Assembly: GCA_964016885.1 (NCBI GenBank)
Contig: OZ024740.1
Coordinates: 22,878,001-22,942,000, forward strand
Direction: 5' to 3'
DNA from: Eledone cirrhosa
Lineage: Eukaryota
DNA length: 64,000 nt
The position numbers and the translations under genes were made by a program. Shown here piece after piece: positions 28,601 through 42,600 of the stretch. The notes under the pieces were generated by a model. That model did not search any database and was not told the origin of the DNA. It saw nothing but the letters and a program-made list of their open reading frames with translations. Positions within the stretch are counted from its first letter, which is position 1. Every line of letters starts with the position of its first letter.

Positions 28601-30685
28601 AAGTAGATTCAGTGATGGTATATGAGCCAGTAGTAAGTAGATTCAGTGATGGTATATGAACCAGTGGTAAGTAGATTCAGTGATGGTATATAAACCAGTG
28701 GTAAGTAGATTCAGTGATGATATATGAACCAGTGGTAAATAGATTCAGTGATGGTATACGAACCAGTAGTAAGTAGATTCAGTGATGGTATATGAACCAG
28801 TAGCAAGTAGATTCAGTGATGGTATATGAACCAGTAGTAAGTAGATTCAGTGATGGTATATGAACCAGTGGTAAGTAGATTCAGTGATGGTATATAAACC
28901 AGTGGTAAGTAGATTCAGTGATGGTATATGAACCATTGGTAAGCAGATTCAGTGATGGTATATGAACCAGTGTAAGTAGATTCAGTGATGGTATATGAAC
29001 CAGTAGTAAGTAGATTCAGTGATGGTATATGAATCAGTGGTAAGTAGATTCAGTGATGGTATATGAACCAGTAGTAAGTGGATTCAGTGATGGTATATGA
29101 ACCAGTGGTAAGTAGATTCAGTGATGGTATATAAACCAGTGGTAAGTAGATTCAGTGATGGTATATGAACCAGTGCTAAATAGATTCAGTGATGATGTAT
29201 GAATCAGTGGTAAGTAGATTCAGTGATGGTATATGAACCAGTAGTAAGTAGATTCAGTGATGGTATATGAACCAGTGGTAAGTAGATTCAGTGATGGTAT
29301 ATAAACAAGTGGTAAGTAGATTCAGTGATTGTATATGAACAAGTAGTAAGTAGATTCAGTGATGGTATATAAACCAGTGGTAAGTAGATTCAGTGATGGT
29401 ATATGAATGAGTGGTAAATATATTCAGTTATGGTATATAAACCAGTGGGAAGTAGATTCAGTGATGGCATATGAACCAGTGGTAAGTAGATTCAGTGATG
29501 GTATATGAACCACTGGTAAGTAGATTCTGTGATGGCATATGAACCAGTGGTAAATATATTCAGTGATGGTATATAAACCAGTGGTAAGTAGATTCAGTGA
29601 TGATATATGAATCAGTGGTAAGTGGATTCAGTAATGGTATATGAACCAGTGGTAAGTTGATTCAGTGATGGTATATAAACCAGTGGAAAGTAGATTCAGT
29701 AATGGTATATAAACCAGTGGTAAGCAGATTCAGTGATGGTATATGAACCAGTGGTAAGTAGATTCAGTGATGGTATATGAACCAGTGGTAAGTAGATTCA
29801 GTGATGGTATATGAACCAGTGGTAAGTAGATTCAGTGAAGGTATATATACCACTAGTAAGTAGATTCGTTGATGGTATATAACCAGTGGTAAGTAGATTT
29901 AGTGATGGTATATAAACCAGTAGTAAGTAGATTCAGTGATGGTATATAAACCAGTAGTAAGTAGATTCAGTGATGGTATATGAACCAGTGGTAAGTAAAT
30001 TGAGTGATGGTATATAAACCAGTGGTAAGTAGATTCAGTGATGGTGTATGAACCAGTGGTAAGTAGATTCAGTGATGGTATATGAACCAGTGGTAAGTAT
30101 AGTCAGTGATGGTATATGAACCAGTGGTAAATAGATTCAGTGATGGTATATGAACCAGTGGTAAGTAGATTCAGTGATAGTATATGAACCAGTGGTAAGT
30201 AGACTCATTGATGGTATATGAACCAGTGGAATGTAGATTCAGTGATGGTATATGAACCAGTGGTAAGTAGATTCAGTGATGGTATATGAACCAGTAGTAA
30301 GTAGATTCAGTGCTGATATATGAATCAGTGGTATGTAGATTCAGTGATGGTATATGAACCAGTTGTAATTAGATGCAGTGATGGTATATAAATCAGTGTT
30401 AAGTAGATTCAGTGATGGTAAATGAACCAGTGGTAAGTATATTCAGTGATGGTATATGAACCAGTGGTAAGTAGATTCAGTGATGGTATATGAACCAGTG
30501 GTAAGTAGATTCAGTGATGGTATATGAACCAGTGGTAAGTAGATTCAGTGATGGTATATAAACCAGTGGTAAGTAGATTCAGTGATGGTATATGAACCAG
30601 TGGTAAGTAGATTCAGTGATGGTATATGAACCAGTGGTAAGTAGATTCAGTGATGGTATATGAACCAGTGGTAAGTAGATTCAGT
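13661..30685. repeat. Higher-order repeat copy H1 (17025 bp): P1 13661-16465, Q 16466-20356, P2 20357-23161, R 23162-30685
   Basis: Start marker gacggtatgtg at 13661, 20357 and 30686. 63-aa pseudo-ORF at 15457, 22153 and 32482. Variant order is collinear with H2. Confidence 0.9.
26070..30540. repeat. Diverged paralog of block P plus the head of R, nested in block R (second copy ~43370-47870)
   Basis: Shares rare variants with P and the R head (ccgttg 26656, gcgatag 26742, tacacc, tactaag, aaggag, tacgaa, gtgtaag deletion ~28972, gtgctaaa, cgttga plus deletion ~29880, aattgag). It also has many private variants and extra monomers. Confidence 0.8.
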
Positions 30686-33600
30686 GACGGTATGTGAACC
30701 AGTAGTAAGTAGAATCAGTGATGGTATATGAACCAGTAGTAAGTAGATTCAGTGATGATATATGAATCAGTGGTAAGTAGATTCAGTGATGGTATATGAA
30801 CCAGTAGTAAGTAGATTCAGTGATGTTATATAAACCAGTGGTAAGTAGATTCAGTGATGGTATATGAACCAGTGTTAAATAGATTCAGTGATGGTATATG
30901 AACCAGTGGTAAGTAGATTCAGTGATGGTATATGAACCAGTAGTAAGTAGATTCAGTGAAGGTATATAAACCAGTGGTAAGTAGATTCAGTGATGGTATA
31001 TGAACCAGTGGTAAGTAGATTCAGTGATGGTATATGAACCAGTGGTAAGTAGATTCAGTGATGGTATATGAACCAGTGGTTAATAGATTCAGTGATGTTA
31101 TATTAACCAGTGCTAAGTAGATTCAGTGATGGTATATGAATTAGTGGTAAGTAGATTCAGTGATGGTATATTAACCAGTGGTAAGTAGATTCAGTGATGG
31201 TATATGAACCCGTTGTAAGTAGATTCAGTGATGATAAATAAACCAGTGGTAAGTAGATTTAGTGATGGTATATTAACCAGTGTTAAGTAGATCCAGCGAT
31301 AGTATATGAACCAGTGGTAAATAGATTCAGTGATGGTATATGAACCAGTGCTAAGTAGATTCAGTGAAGGTATATTAACCAGTGGTAAGTAGATTCAGTG
31401 ATGGTATATTAACCAGTGGTAAGTAGATTCAGTGACGGTATATAAACCAGTGTTAAGTAGATTAAGTGATGGTATATAAACCAGTAGTAACTAGATCCAG
31501 TGATGGTATATGAACCAGTAGTAAGTAGATCAAGTGATGGTATATGAACCAGTAGTAAGTAGATTCAGTGATGGTATATGAACCAGTAGTAACTAGATTC
31601 AGTGATGGTATATGAACCAGTAGTAAGTAGATTCAGTGATGGTATATAAACCAGTGGTAAATAGATTCAGTGATGGTATATACACCAGTGGTAAGTAGAT
31701 TAAATGATGGTATATAAACCAGTGGTAAGTAGATTCAGTGATGGTATATAAACCAGTAGTAAGTAGATTCAGTGCTGGTATATGGACCAGTGGTAAGTAG
31801 ATTCAGTGATGGTATATATACCAGTGGTAAGTAGATTCAGTGATGGTATATGAACCAGTGGTAAGAAGATTCAGTGATGGTATATGAACCAGTGGTAAGT
31901 AGATTCAGTGATGGTATATGAACCAGTAGTAAGTAGATTCAGTGATGGTATATGAATCAGTGGTAAGTAGATTCAGTGATGGTATATGAACCAGTACTAA
32001 GTAGATTCAGTGATGGTATATGAACCAGTGGTAAGTAGATTCAGTGATGGTATATGAACCAGTGGTAAGTAAATTTAGTGATGGTATATGAACCAGTAGT
32101 AAGTAGATTCAGTGATGTATATGAACCAGTGGTAAGTAGATTCAGTGATGGTATATAAACCAGTGGCAAGTAGATTCAGTGATGGTATATGAACAAGTAG
32201 TAAGTAGATTCAATGATGGTATATAAACCAGTGGTAAGTAGATTCAGTGATGGTATATGAATCAGTGGTAAGTAGATTCAGTAATGGTATATGAACCAGT
32301 GGTAAGTAGATTCAGTGATGGTATATAAACCAGTAGTAACTAGATCCAGTGATGTTATATGAACCAGTAGTAAGTAGATCCAGTGATGGTATATGAACAA
32401 GTAGTAAGGAGATTCAGTGATGGTATATGAACCAGTAGTAACTAGATTCAGTGATGGTATATGAACCAGTGGTAAGTAAATTCAGTGATGGTATATGAAC
32501 CAGTAGTAAGTAGATTCAGTGTTGGTATATAAACCAGTGGTAAATATATTCAGTGATGTTATATAAACCAGTGGTAAGTAGATTAAATGATGGTATATAA
32601 ACCAGTGGTAAGTAGATTCAGTGATGGTATATGAATCAGTGGTAAGTAGATTCAGTGATGGTATATGAACCACTGGTAAATAGATTCAGTGATGGTATAT
32701 GAACCAGTGGTAAGTAGATTCAGTGATGGTATATGAACCCGTGGTAAGTAGATTCAGTGATGGTATATGAACCAGTAGTAAGTAGATTCAGTGATGGTAT
32801 ATGAACCAGTGGTAAGTAGATTCAGTGATGGTTTATAAACCAGTGGTAAGTAGATTCAGTGATGGTATACGAACCAGTAGTAAGTAGATTCAGTGATGGT
32901 ATATGAACCAGTAGTAAGTAGATTCAGTGATGGTATATGAACCAGCAATAAGTAGATTCAGTGATGGTATATAAACCAGTGGTAAGTAGATTCAGTGATG
33001 GTATATAAACTAGTAGTAAGTAGATTCAGTGATGGTATATGAACCAGTGGTAAGTAGATTCAGTGATGGTATATAAACCAGTGGTAAGTAGATTCAGTGA
33101 TGGTATATGAACCATTGGTAAGCAGATTCAGTGATGGTATATGAACCAGTGTAAGTAGATTCAGTGATGGTATATGAACCAGTAGTAAGTAGATTCAGTG
33201 ATGGTATATGAATCAGTGGTAAGTAGATTCAGTGATGGTATATGAACCAGTAGTAAGTAGAGTCAGTGATGGTATATGAACCAGTGGTAAGTAGATTCAG
33301 TGATGGTATATAAACCAGTGGTAAGTAGATTCAGTGATGGTATATGAACCAGTGCTAAATAGATTCAGTGATGATATATGAATCAGTGGTAAGTAGATTC
33401 AGTGATGGTATATGAACCAGTAGTAAGTAGATTCAGTGATGGTATATGAACCAGTGGTAAGTAGATTCAGTGATGGTATATAAACCAGTGGTAAGTAGAT
33501 TCAGTGATGGTATATGAATCAGTGGTAAGTAGATTCAGTGATGGTATATAAGCCAGTGGTAAGTGGATTCAGTGATGGTATATGAAGTAGTGGTAAGTAG

Positions 33601-36600
33601 ATTCAGTGATGGTATATAAACCAGTGGTAAGTAGATTCAGTGATGGTATATGAACCAGTGGTATGTAGATTCAGTGATGGTATATAAACCAGTGGTAAGT
33701 AGATTCAGTGATGGTATATGAACCAGTGATAAGCAGATTCAGTGATGGTATATGAATCAGTGGTAAGTAGATTCAGTGATGGTATATGAACCAGTCGTAA
33801 GTAGATTCAGTGATGGTATATGTACAAGTAGTAAGTAGATTCAGTGATGGTATATGAACCAGTGGTAGGTAGATTCAGTGATGGTATATAAACCAGTGGT
33901 AAGTAGATTCAGTGATGGTATATGAACCAGTGGTAAATAGATTCAGTGATGATATATGAATCAGTGGTAAGTAGATTCAGTGATGGTATATAAACCAGTG
34001 GTAAATAGATTCAGTGATGGTATATAAACCAGTAGTAAGTAGATTCAGTGATGGTATCTGAACCAGTAGTAAGTAGATTCAGTGATGGTATATGAACCAG
34101 TGGTAAGTAGATTCAGTGATGGTATATAAACCAGTGGAAAGTAGATTCAGTGATGGTATATGAACAAGTAGTAAGTAGATTCAGTGATGGTATATAAACC
34201 AGTGGTAAGTAGATTCAGTGATGGTATATGAATGAGTGGTAAATATATTCAGTTATGGTATATGAACCAGTGGTAAGTAGATTCAGTGATGGTATATGAA
34301 TCAGTGGTAAGTAGATTCAGTAATGGTATATGAACCAGTGGTAAGTTGATTCAGTGATGGTATATAAACCAGTGGAAAGTAGATTCAGTGATGGTATATG
34401 AACCAGTGGTAAGTAGATTCAGTGATGGTATATGAACCAGTGGTAAGTAGATTCAGTGATGGTATATGGACCAGTGGAAAGTAGATTTAGTGATGGTATA
34501 TGAACCAGTGGTAAGTAGATTCAGTGATGGTATATAGACCACTAGTAAGTAGATTCGGTGATGGTACATAAACCAGTGGTAAGTAGATTCAGTGATGGTA
34601 TATGAACCAGTGGAAAGTAGATTCAGTGATAGTATATGAACCAGTGGTAAGTGGATTCAGTGATGGTATATGAACCAGTGGTAAGTAGATTCAGTGATGG
34701 TATATAAACCATTGGTAAGTAGATTTAGTGATGGTATATAAATCAGTAGTAAGTAGATTCAGTGATGGTATATGAACCAGTGGAAAGTAGATTCAGTGAT
34801 AGTATATGAACCAGTGGTAAGTGGATTCAGTGATGGTATATGAACCAGTGGTAAGTAGATTCAGTGATTGTATATGAACCAGTGGTAAGTAGGTTCAGTG
34901 ATAGTATATGAACCAGTGGTAAGTAGATTCAGTGATGGTATATGAACCAGTGGTAAGTAGATTCAGTGATGGTATATGAATCAGTGGTAAGTAGATTCAG
35001 TGATGGTATATAAAACAGTGGTAAGTAGATTCAGTGATGGTATATGAACCAGTGGTAAGTAGATTCAGTGATAGTATATGAACCAGTGGTAAGTAGATTC
35101 AGTGATGGTATATGAACCAGTGGTAAGTAGATTCAGTGATGGTATATGAACCAGTGGTAAGTAGATTCAGTGATGGTATATGAACCAGTGGTAAGTAGAT
35201 TCAGTGATGGTATGTGAACCAGTAGTAAGTAGAATCAGTGATGGTATATGAACCAGTAGTAAGTAGATTCAGTGATGATATATGAATCAGTGGTAAGTAG
35301 ATTCAGTGATGGTATATGAACCAGTAGTAAGTAGATTCAGTGATGTTATATAAACCAGTGGTAAGTAGATTCAGTGATGGTATATGAACCAGTGGTAAAT
35401 AGATTCAGTGATGGTATTTGAACCAGTGGAAAGTAGATTCAGTGATGGTATATGAACCAGTAGTAAGTAGATTCAGTGAAGGTATATAAACCAGTGGTAA
35501 GTAGTTTCAGTGATGGTATATGAACCAGTGGTAAGTAGATTCAGTGATGGTATATGAACCAGTGGTAAGTAGATTCAGTGATGGTATATGAACCAGTGGT
35601 TAATAGATTCAGTGATGTTATATTAACCAGTGGTAAGTAGATTCAGTGATGGTATATGAACCAGTAGTAAGTAGATTCAGTGATGGTATATGAACCAGTG
35701 GTAAGTAGATTCAGTGATGGTATATAAACCAGTGGTAAGTAGATTCAGTGATGGTATATGAACAAGTAGTAAGTAGATTCAGTGATGGTATATAAACCAG
35801 TGGTAAGTAGATTCAGTGATGGTATATGAACCAGTGGTAAGTTGATTCAGTGATGGTATATAAACCAGTGGAAAGTAGATTCAGTAATGGTATATAAACC
35901 AGTGGTAAGCAGATTCAGTGATGGTATATGAACCAGTGGTAAGTAGATTCAGTGATGGTATATAAACCAGTAGTAAGTAGATTCAGTGATGGTATATAAA
36001 CCAGTGGTAAGTAGATTCAGTGATGGTATATAAACCAGTGGTAAGTAGATTCAGCGATGGTATATGAATGAGTGGTAAATAAATTCAGTTATGGTATATA
36101 AACCAGTGGTAAGTAGATTCAGTGATGGTATATGAACCAGTGGTAAGTAGATTCAGTGATGGTATATAAAACAGTGGTAAGTAGATTCAGTGAAGGTATA
36201 TAAACCAGTGGTAAATAGATTCAGTGATGGTATATAAACCAGTGGTAAGTAGATTCAGTGATGGTATATGAATCAGTGGTAAGTAGATTCAGTAATGGTA
36301 TATGAACCAGTGGTAAGTAGATTCAGTGATGGTATATAAACCAGTGGAAAGTAGATTCAGTGATGGTATATGAACCAGTGGTAAGTAGATTCAGTGATGG
36401 TATATGAACCAGTGGTAAGTAGATTCAGTGATGGTATATGGACCAGTGGAAAGTAGATTCAGTGATGGTATATGAACCAGTGGTAAATAGATTCAGTGAT
36501 GGTATATGAACCAGTGGTAAGTAGATTCAGTGATGGTATATGAACCAGTGGTAAGTAGATTCAGTGATGGTATATGGACCAGTGGAAAGTAGATTCAGTG

Positions 36601-39600
36601 ATGGTATATAAACCAGTGGTAAATAGATTCAGTGATGGTATATAAACCAGTGGTAAGTAGATTCAGTGATGGTATATGAATCAGTGGTAAGTAGATTCAG
36701 TAATGGTATATGAACCAGTGGTAAGTTGATTCAGTGATGGTATATAAACCAGTGGAAAGTAGATTCAGTGATGGTATATGAACCAGTGGTAAGTAGATTC
36801 AGTGATGGTATATGAACCAGTGGTAAGTAGATTCAGTGATGGTATATGGACCAGTGGAAAGTAGATTCAGTGATGGTATATGAATCAGTGGTAAGTAGAT
36901 TCAGTGATGGTATATAGACCACTAGTAAGTAGATTCGGTGATGGTATATAAACCAGTGGTAAGTAGATTCAGTGATGGTATATGAACCAGTGGAAAGTAG
37001 ATTCAGTGATAGTATATGAACCAGTGGTAAGTGGATTCAGTGATGGTATATGAACCAGTGGTAAGTAGATTCAGTGATGGTATATAAACCATTGGTAAGT
37101 AGATTTAGTGATGGTATATAAACCAGTAGTAAGTAGATTCAGTGATGGTATATGAACCAGTGGAAAGTAGATTCAGTGATAGTATATGAACCAGTGGTAA
37201 GTGGATTCAGTGATGGTATATGAACCAGTGGTAAGTAGATTCAGTGATGGTATATGAACCAGTGGTAAGTAGATTCAGTGATAGTATATGAACCAGTGGT
37301 AAGTAGATTCAGTGATGGTATATGAACCAGTGGTAAGTAGATTCAGTGATGGTATATGAACCAGTGGTAAGTAGATTCAGTGATGGTATATGAACCAGTG
37401 GTAAGTAGATTCAGTGACGGTATGTGAACCAGTAGTAAGTAGAATCAGTGATGGTATATGAACCAGTAGTAAGTAGATTCAGTGATGATATATGAATCAG
37501 TGGTAAGTAGATTCAGTGATGGTATATGAACCAGTAGTAAGTAGATTCAGTGATGTTATATAAACCAGTGGTAAGTAGATTCAGTGATGGTATATGAACC
37601 AGTATTAAATAGATTCAGTGATGGTATATGAACCAGTGGTAAGTAGATTCAGTGATGGTATATGAACCAGTAGTAAGTAGATTCAGTGAAGGTATATAAA
37701 CCAGTGGTAAGTAGATTCAGTGATGGTATATGAACCAGTGGTAAGTAGATTCAGTGATGGTATATGAACCAGTGGTAAGTAGATTCAGTGATGGTATATG
37801 AACCAGTGGTTAATAGATTCAGTGATGTTATATTAACCAGTGCTAAGTAGATTCAGTGATGGTATATGAATTAGTGGTAAGTAGATTCAGTGATGGTATA
37901 TTAACCAGTGGTAAGTAGATTCAGTGATGGTATATGAACCCGTTGTAAGTAGATTCAGTGATGATAAATAAACCAGTGGTAAGTAGATTTAGTGATGGTA
38001 TATTAACCAGTGTTAAGTAGATCCAGCGATAGTATATGAACCAGTGGTAAATAGATTCAGTGATGGTATATGAACCAGTGCTAAGTAGATTCAGTGAAGG
38101 TATATTAACCAGTGGTAAGTAGATTCAGTGATGGTATATTAACCAGTGGTAAGTAGATTCAGTGACGGTATATAAACCAGTGTTAAGTAGATTAAGTGAT
38201 GGTATATAAACCAGTAGTAACTAGATCCAGTGATGGTATATGAACCAGTAGTAAGTAGATCAAGTGATGGTATATGAACCAGTAGTAAGTAGATTCAGTG
38301 ATGGTATATGAACCAGTAGTAACTAGATTCAGTGATGGTATATGAACCAGTAGTAAGTAGATTCAGTGATGGTATATAAACCAGTGGTAAATAGATTCAG
38401 TGATGGTATATACACCAGTGGTAAGTAGATTAAATGATGGTATATAAACCAGTGGTAAGTAGATTCAGTGATGGTATATAAACCAGTAGTAAGTAGATTC
38501 AGTGATGGTATATGGACCAGTGGTAAGTAGATTCAGTGATGGTATATATACCAGTGGTAAGTAGATTCAGTGATGGTATATGAACCAGTGGTAAGAAGAT
38601 TCAGTGATGGTATATGAACCAGTGGTAAGTAGATTCAGTGATGGTATATGAACCAGTAGTAAGTAGATTCAGTGATGGTATATGAATCAGTGGTAAGTAG
38701 ATTCAGTGATGGTATATGAACCAGTACTAAGTAGATTCAGTGATGGTATATGAACAAGTGGTAAGTAGATTCAGTGATGGTATATGAACCAGTGGTAAGT
38801 AAATTTAGTGATGGTATATGAACCAGTAGTAAGTAGATTCAGTGATGTATATGAACCAGTGGTAAGTAGATTCAGTGATGGTATATAAACCAGTGGTAAG
38901 TAGATTCAGTGATGGTATATGAACAAGTAGTAAGTAGATTCAATGATGGTATATAAACCAGTGGTAAGTAGATTCAGTGATGGTATATGAATCAGTGGTA
39001 AGTAGATTCAGTAATGGTATATGAACCAGTGGTAAGTAGATTCAGTGATGGTATATAAACCAGTAGTAACTAGATCCAGTGATGTTATATGAACCAGTAG
39101 TAAGTAGATCCAATGATGGTATATGAACAAGTAGTAAGGAGATTCAGTGATGGTATATGAACCAGTAGTAACTAGATTCAGTGATGGTATATGAACCAGT
39201 GGTAAGTAAATTCAGTGATGGTATATGAACCAGTAGTAAGTAGATTCAGTGTTGGTATATAAACCAGTGGTAAATATATTCAGTGATGTTATATAAACCA
39301 GTGGTAAGTAGATTAAATGATGGTATATAAACCAGTGGTAAGTAGATTCAGTGATGGTATATGAATCAGTGGTAAGTAGATTCAGTGATGGTATATGAAC
39401 CACTGGTAAATAGATTCAGTGATGGTATATGAACCAGTGGTAAGTAGATTCAGTGATGGTATATGAACCAGTGGTAAGTAGATTCAGTGATGGTATATGA
39501 ACCAGTAGTAAGTAGATTCAGTGATGGTATATGAACCAGTGGTAAGTAGATTCAGTGATGGTTTATAAACCAGTGGTAAGTAGATTCAGTGATGGTATAC

Positions 39601-42600
39601 GAACCAGTAGTAAGTAGATTCAGTGATGGTATATGAACCAGTAGTAAGTAGATTCAGTGATGGTATATGAACCAGCAATAAGTAGATTCAGTGATGGTAT
39701 ATAAACCAGTGGTAAGTAGATTCAGTGATGGTATATAAACTAGTAGTAAGTAGATTCAGTGATGGTATATGAACCAGTGGTAAGTAGATTCAGTGATGGT
39801 ATATAAACCAGTGGTAAGTAGATTCAGTGATGGTATATGAACCATTGGTAAGCAGATTCAGTGATGGTATATGAACCAGTGTAAGTAGATTCAGTGATGG
39901 TATATGAACCAGTAGTAAGTAGATTCAGTGATGGTATATGAATCAGTGGTAAGTAGATTCAGTGATGGTATATGAACCAGTAGTAAGTAGATTCAGTGAT
40001 GGTATATGAACCAGTGGTAAGTAGATTAAGTGATGGTATATAAACCAGTGGTAAGTAGATTCAGTGATGGTATATGAACCAGTGCTAAATAGATTCAGTG
40101 ATGATATATGAATCAGTGGTAAGTAGATTCAGTGATGGTATATGAACCAGTAGTAAGTAGATTCAGTGATGGTATATGAACCAGTGGTAAGTAGATTCAG
40201 TGATGGTATATAAACCAGTGGCAAGTAGATTCAGTGATGGTATATGAACAAGTAGTAAGTAGATTCAGTGATGGTATATAAACCAGTGGTAAGTAGATTC
40301 AGTGATGGTATATGAATGAGTGGTAAATATATTCAGTTATGGTATATGAACCAGTGGTAAGTAGATTCAGTGATGGCATATGAACCATTGGTAAGTAGAT
40401 TCAGTGATGGTATATAAACCAGTTGTAAGTAGATTCTGCGATGGCATATGAACCAGTGGTAAATAGATTCAGTGATGGTATATAAACCAGTGGTAAGTAG
40501 ATTCAGTGATGGTATATAAATCAGTGGTAAGTGGATTCAGTAATGGTATATGAACCAGTGGTAAGTTGATTCAGTGATGGTATATAAACCAGTGGTAAGC
40601 AGATTCAGTGATGGTATATGAACCAGTGGTAAGTAGATTCAGTGATGGTATATGAACCAGTGGTAAGTAGATTCAGTGATGGTATATGAACCAGTGGTAA
40701 GTAGATTCAGTGAAGGTATATAGACCACTAGTAAGTAGATTCGTTGATGGTATATAACCAGTGGTAAGTAGATTTAGTGATGGTATATAAACCAGTAGTA
40801 AGTAGATTCAGTGATGGTATATGAACCAGTGGTAAGTAAATTGAGTGATGGTATATGAACCAGTGGAATGTAGATTCAGTGATGGTATATAAACCAGTGG
40901 TAAGTAGATTCAGTGATGGCATATGAACCAGTGGAATGTAGATTCAGTGATGGTATATGAACCAGTGGTAAGTATATTCAGTGATGGTATATGAACCAGT
41001 GGTAAATAGATTCAGTGATGGTATATGAACCAGTGGTATGTAGATTCAGTGATGGTACATAAATCAGTGTTAAGTAGATTCAGTGATGGTAAATGAACCA
41101 GTGGTAAGTATATTCAGTGATGGTATATGAACCAGTGGTAAGTAGATTCAGTGATGGTATATGAACCAGTGGTAAGTAGATTCAGTGATGGTATATGAAC
41201 CAGTGGTAAGTAGATTCAGTGATGGTATATTAACCAGTAGTAACTAGATTCAGTGATGGTATATGAACCAGTGGTAAGTAGATTCAGTGAAGGTATATAA
41301 ACCAGTGGTAAATAGATTCAGTGAAGGTATATAAACCAGTGGTCAGTTGATTCAGTGATGGTATATAAACCAGTGGAAAGTAGATTCAGTAATGGTATAT
41401 AAAGCAGTGGTAAGCAGATTCAGTGATGGTATATGAACCAGTGGTAAGTAGATTCAGTGATGGTATATGAACCAGTGGTAAGTAGATTCAGTGATGGTAT
41501 ATGAACAAGTAGTAAGTAGATTCAGTGATGGTATATAAACCAGTGGTAAGTAGATTCAGTGATGGTATATAAACCAGTGGTAAGTAGATTCAGTGATGGT
41601 ATATGAATGAGTGGTAAATATATTCAGTTATGGTATATAAACCAGTGGTAAGTAGATTCAGTGATGGCATATGAACCAGTGGTAAGTAGATTCAGTGATG
41701 GTATATAAAACAGTGGTAAGTAGATTCAGTGAAGGTATATAAACCAGTGGTAAATAGATTCAGTGATGGTATATAAACCAGTGGTAAGTAGATTCAGTGA
41801 TGGTATATGAATCAGTGGTAAGTAGATTCAGTAATTGTATATGAACCAGTGGTAAGTTGATTCAGTGATGGTATATAAACCAGTGGAAAGTAGATTCAGT
41901 AATGGTATATAAACCAGTGGTAAGCAGATTCAGTGATGGTATATGAACCAGTGGTAAGTAGATTCAGTGATGGTATATGAACCAGTGGTAAGTAGATTCA
42001 GTGATGGTATATAGACCACTAGTAAGTAGATTCGGTGATGGTATATAAACCAGTGGTAAGTAGATTCAGTGATGGTATATGAACCAGTGGAATGTAGATT
42101 CAGTGATGGTATATGAACCAGTGGTTAGTAGATTCAGTGATGGTATATGAACCAGTGGTAAGTAGATTCAGTGATGGTATATGAACCAGTAGTAAGTAGA
42201 TTCAGTGATGGTATATGAACCAATGGTAAATAGATTCAGTGATGGTATAAAACCAGTAGTAACTAGATTCAGTGATGGTATATGAACCAGTGGTAACTAT
42301 AGTCAGTGATGGTATATGAACCAGTGGTAAATAGATTCAGTGATGGTATATGAACCAGTAGTAAGTAGATTCAGTGATGGTATATGAACCAATGGTAAAT
42401 AGATACAGTGATGGTATGTGAACCAGTAGTAAGTAGAATCAGTGATGGTATATGAACCAGTAGTAAGTAGAATCAGTGATGATATATGAATCAGTGGTAA
42501 GTAGATTAAGTGATGGTATATAAACCAGTAGTGAGTAGATTCAGTGATGGTATATAAACCAGTGGTAAATAGATTCAGTGATGGTATATGAATCAGTGGT

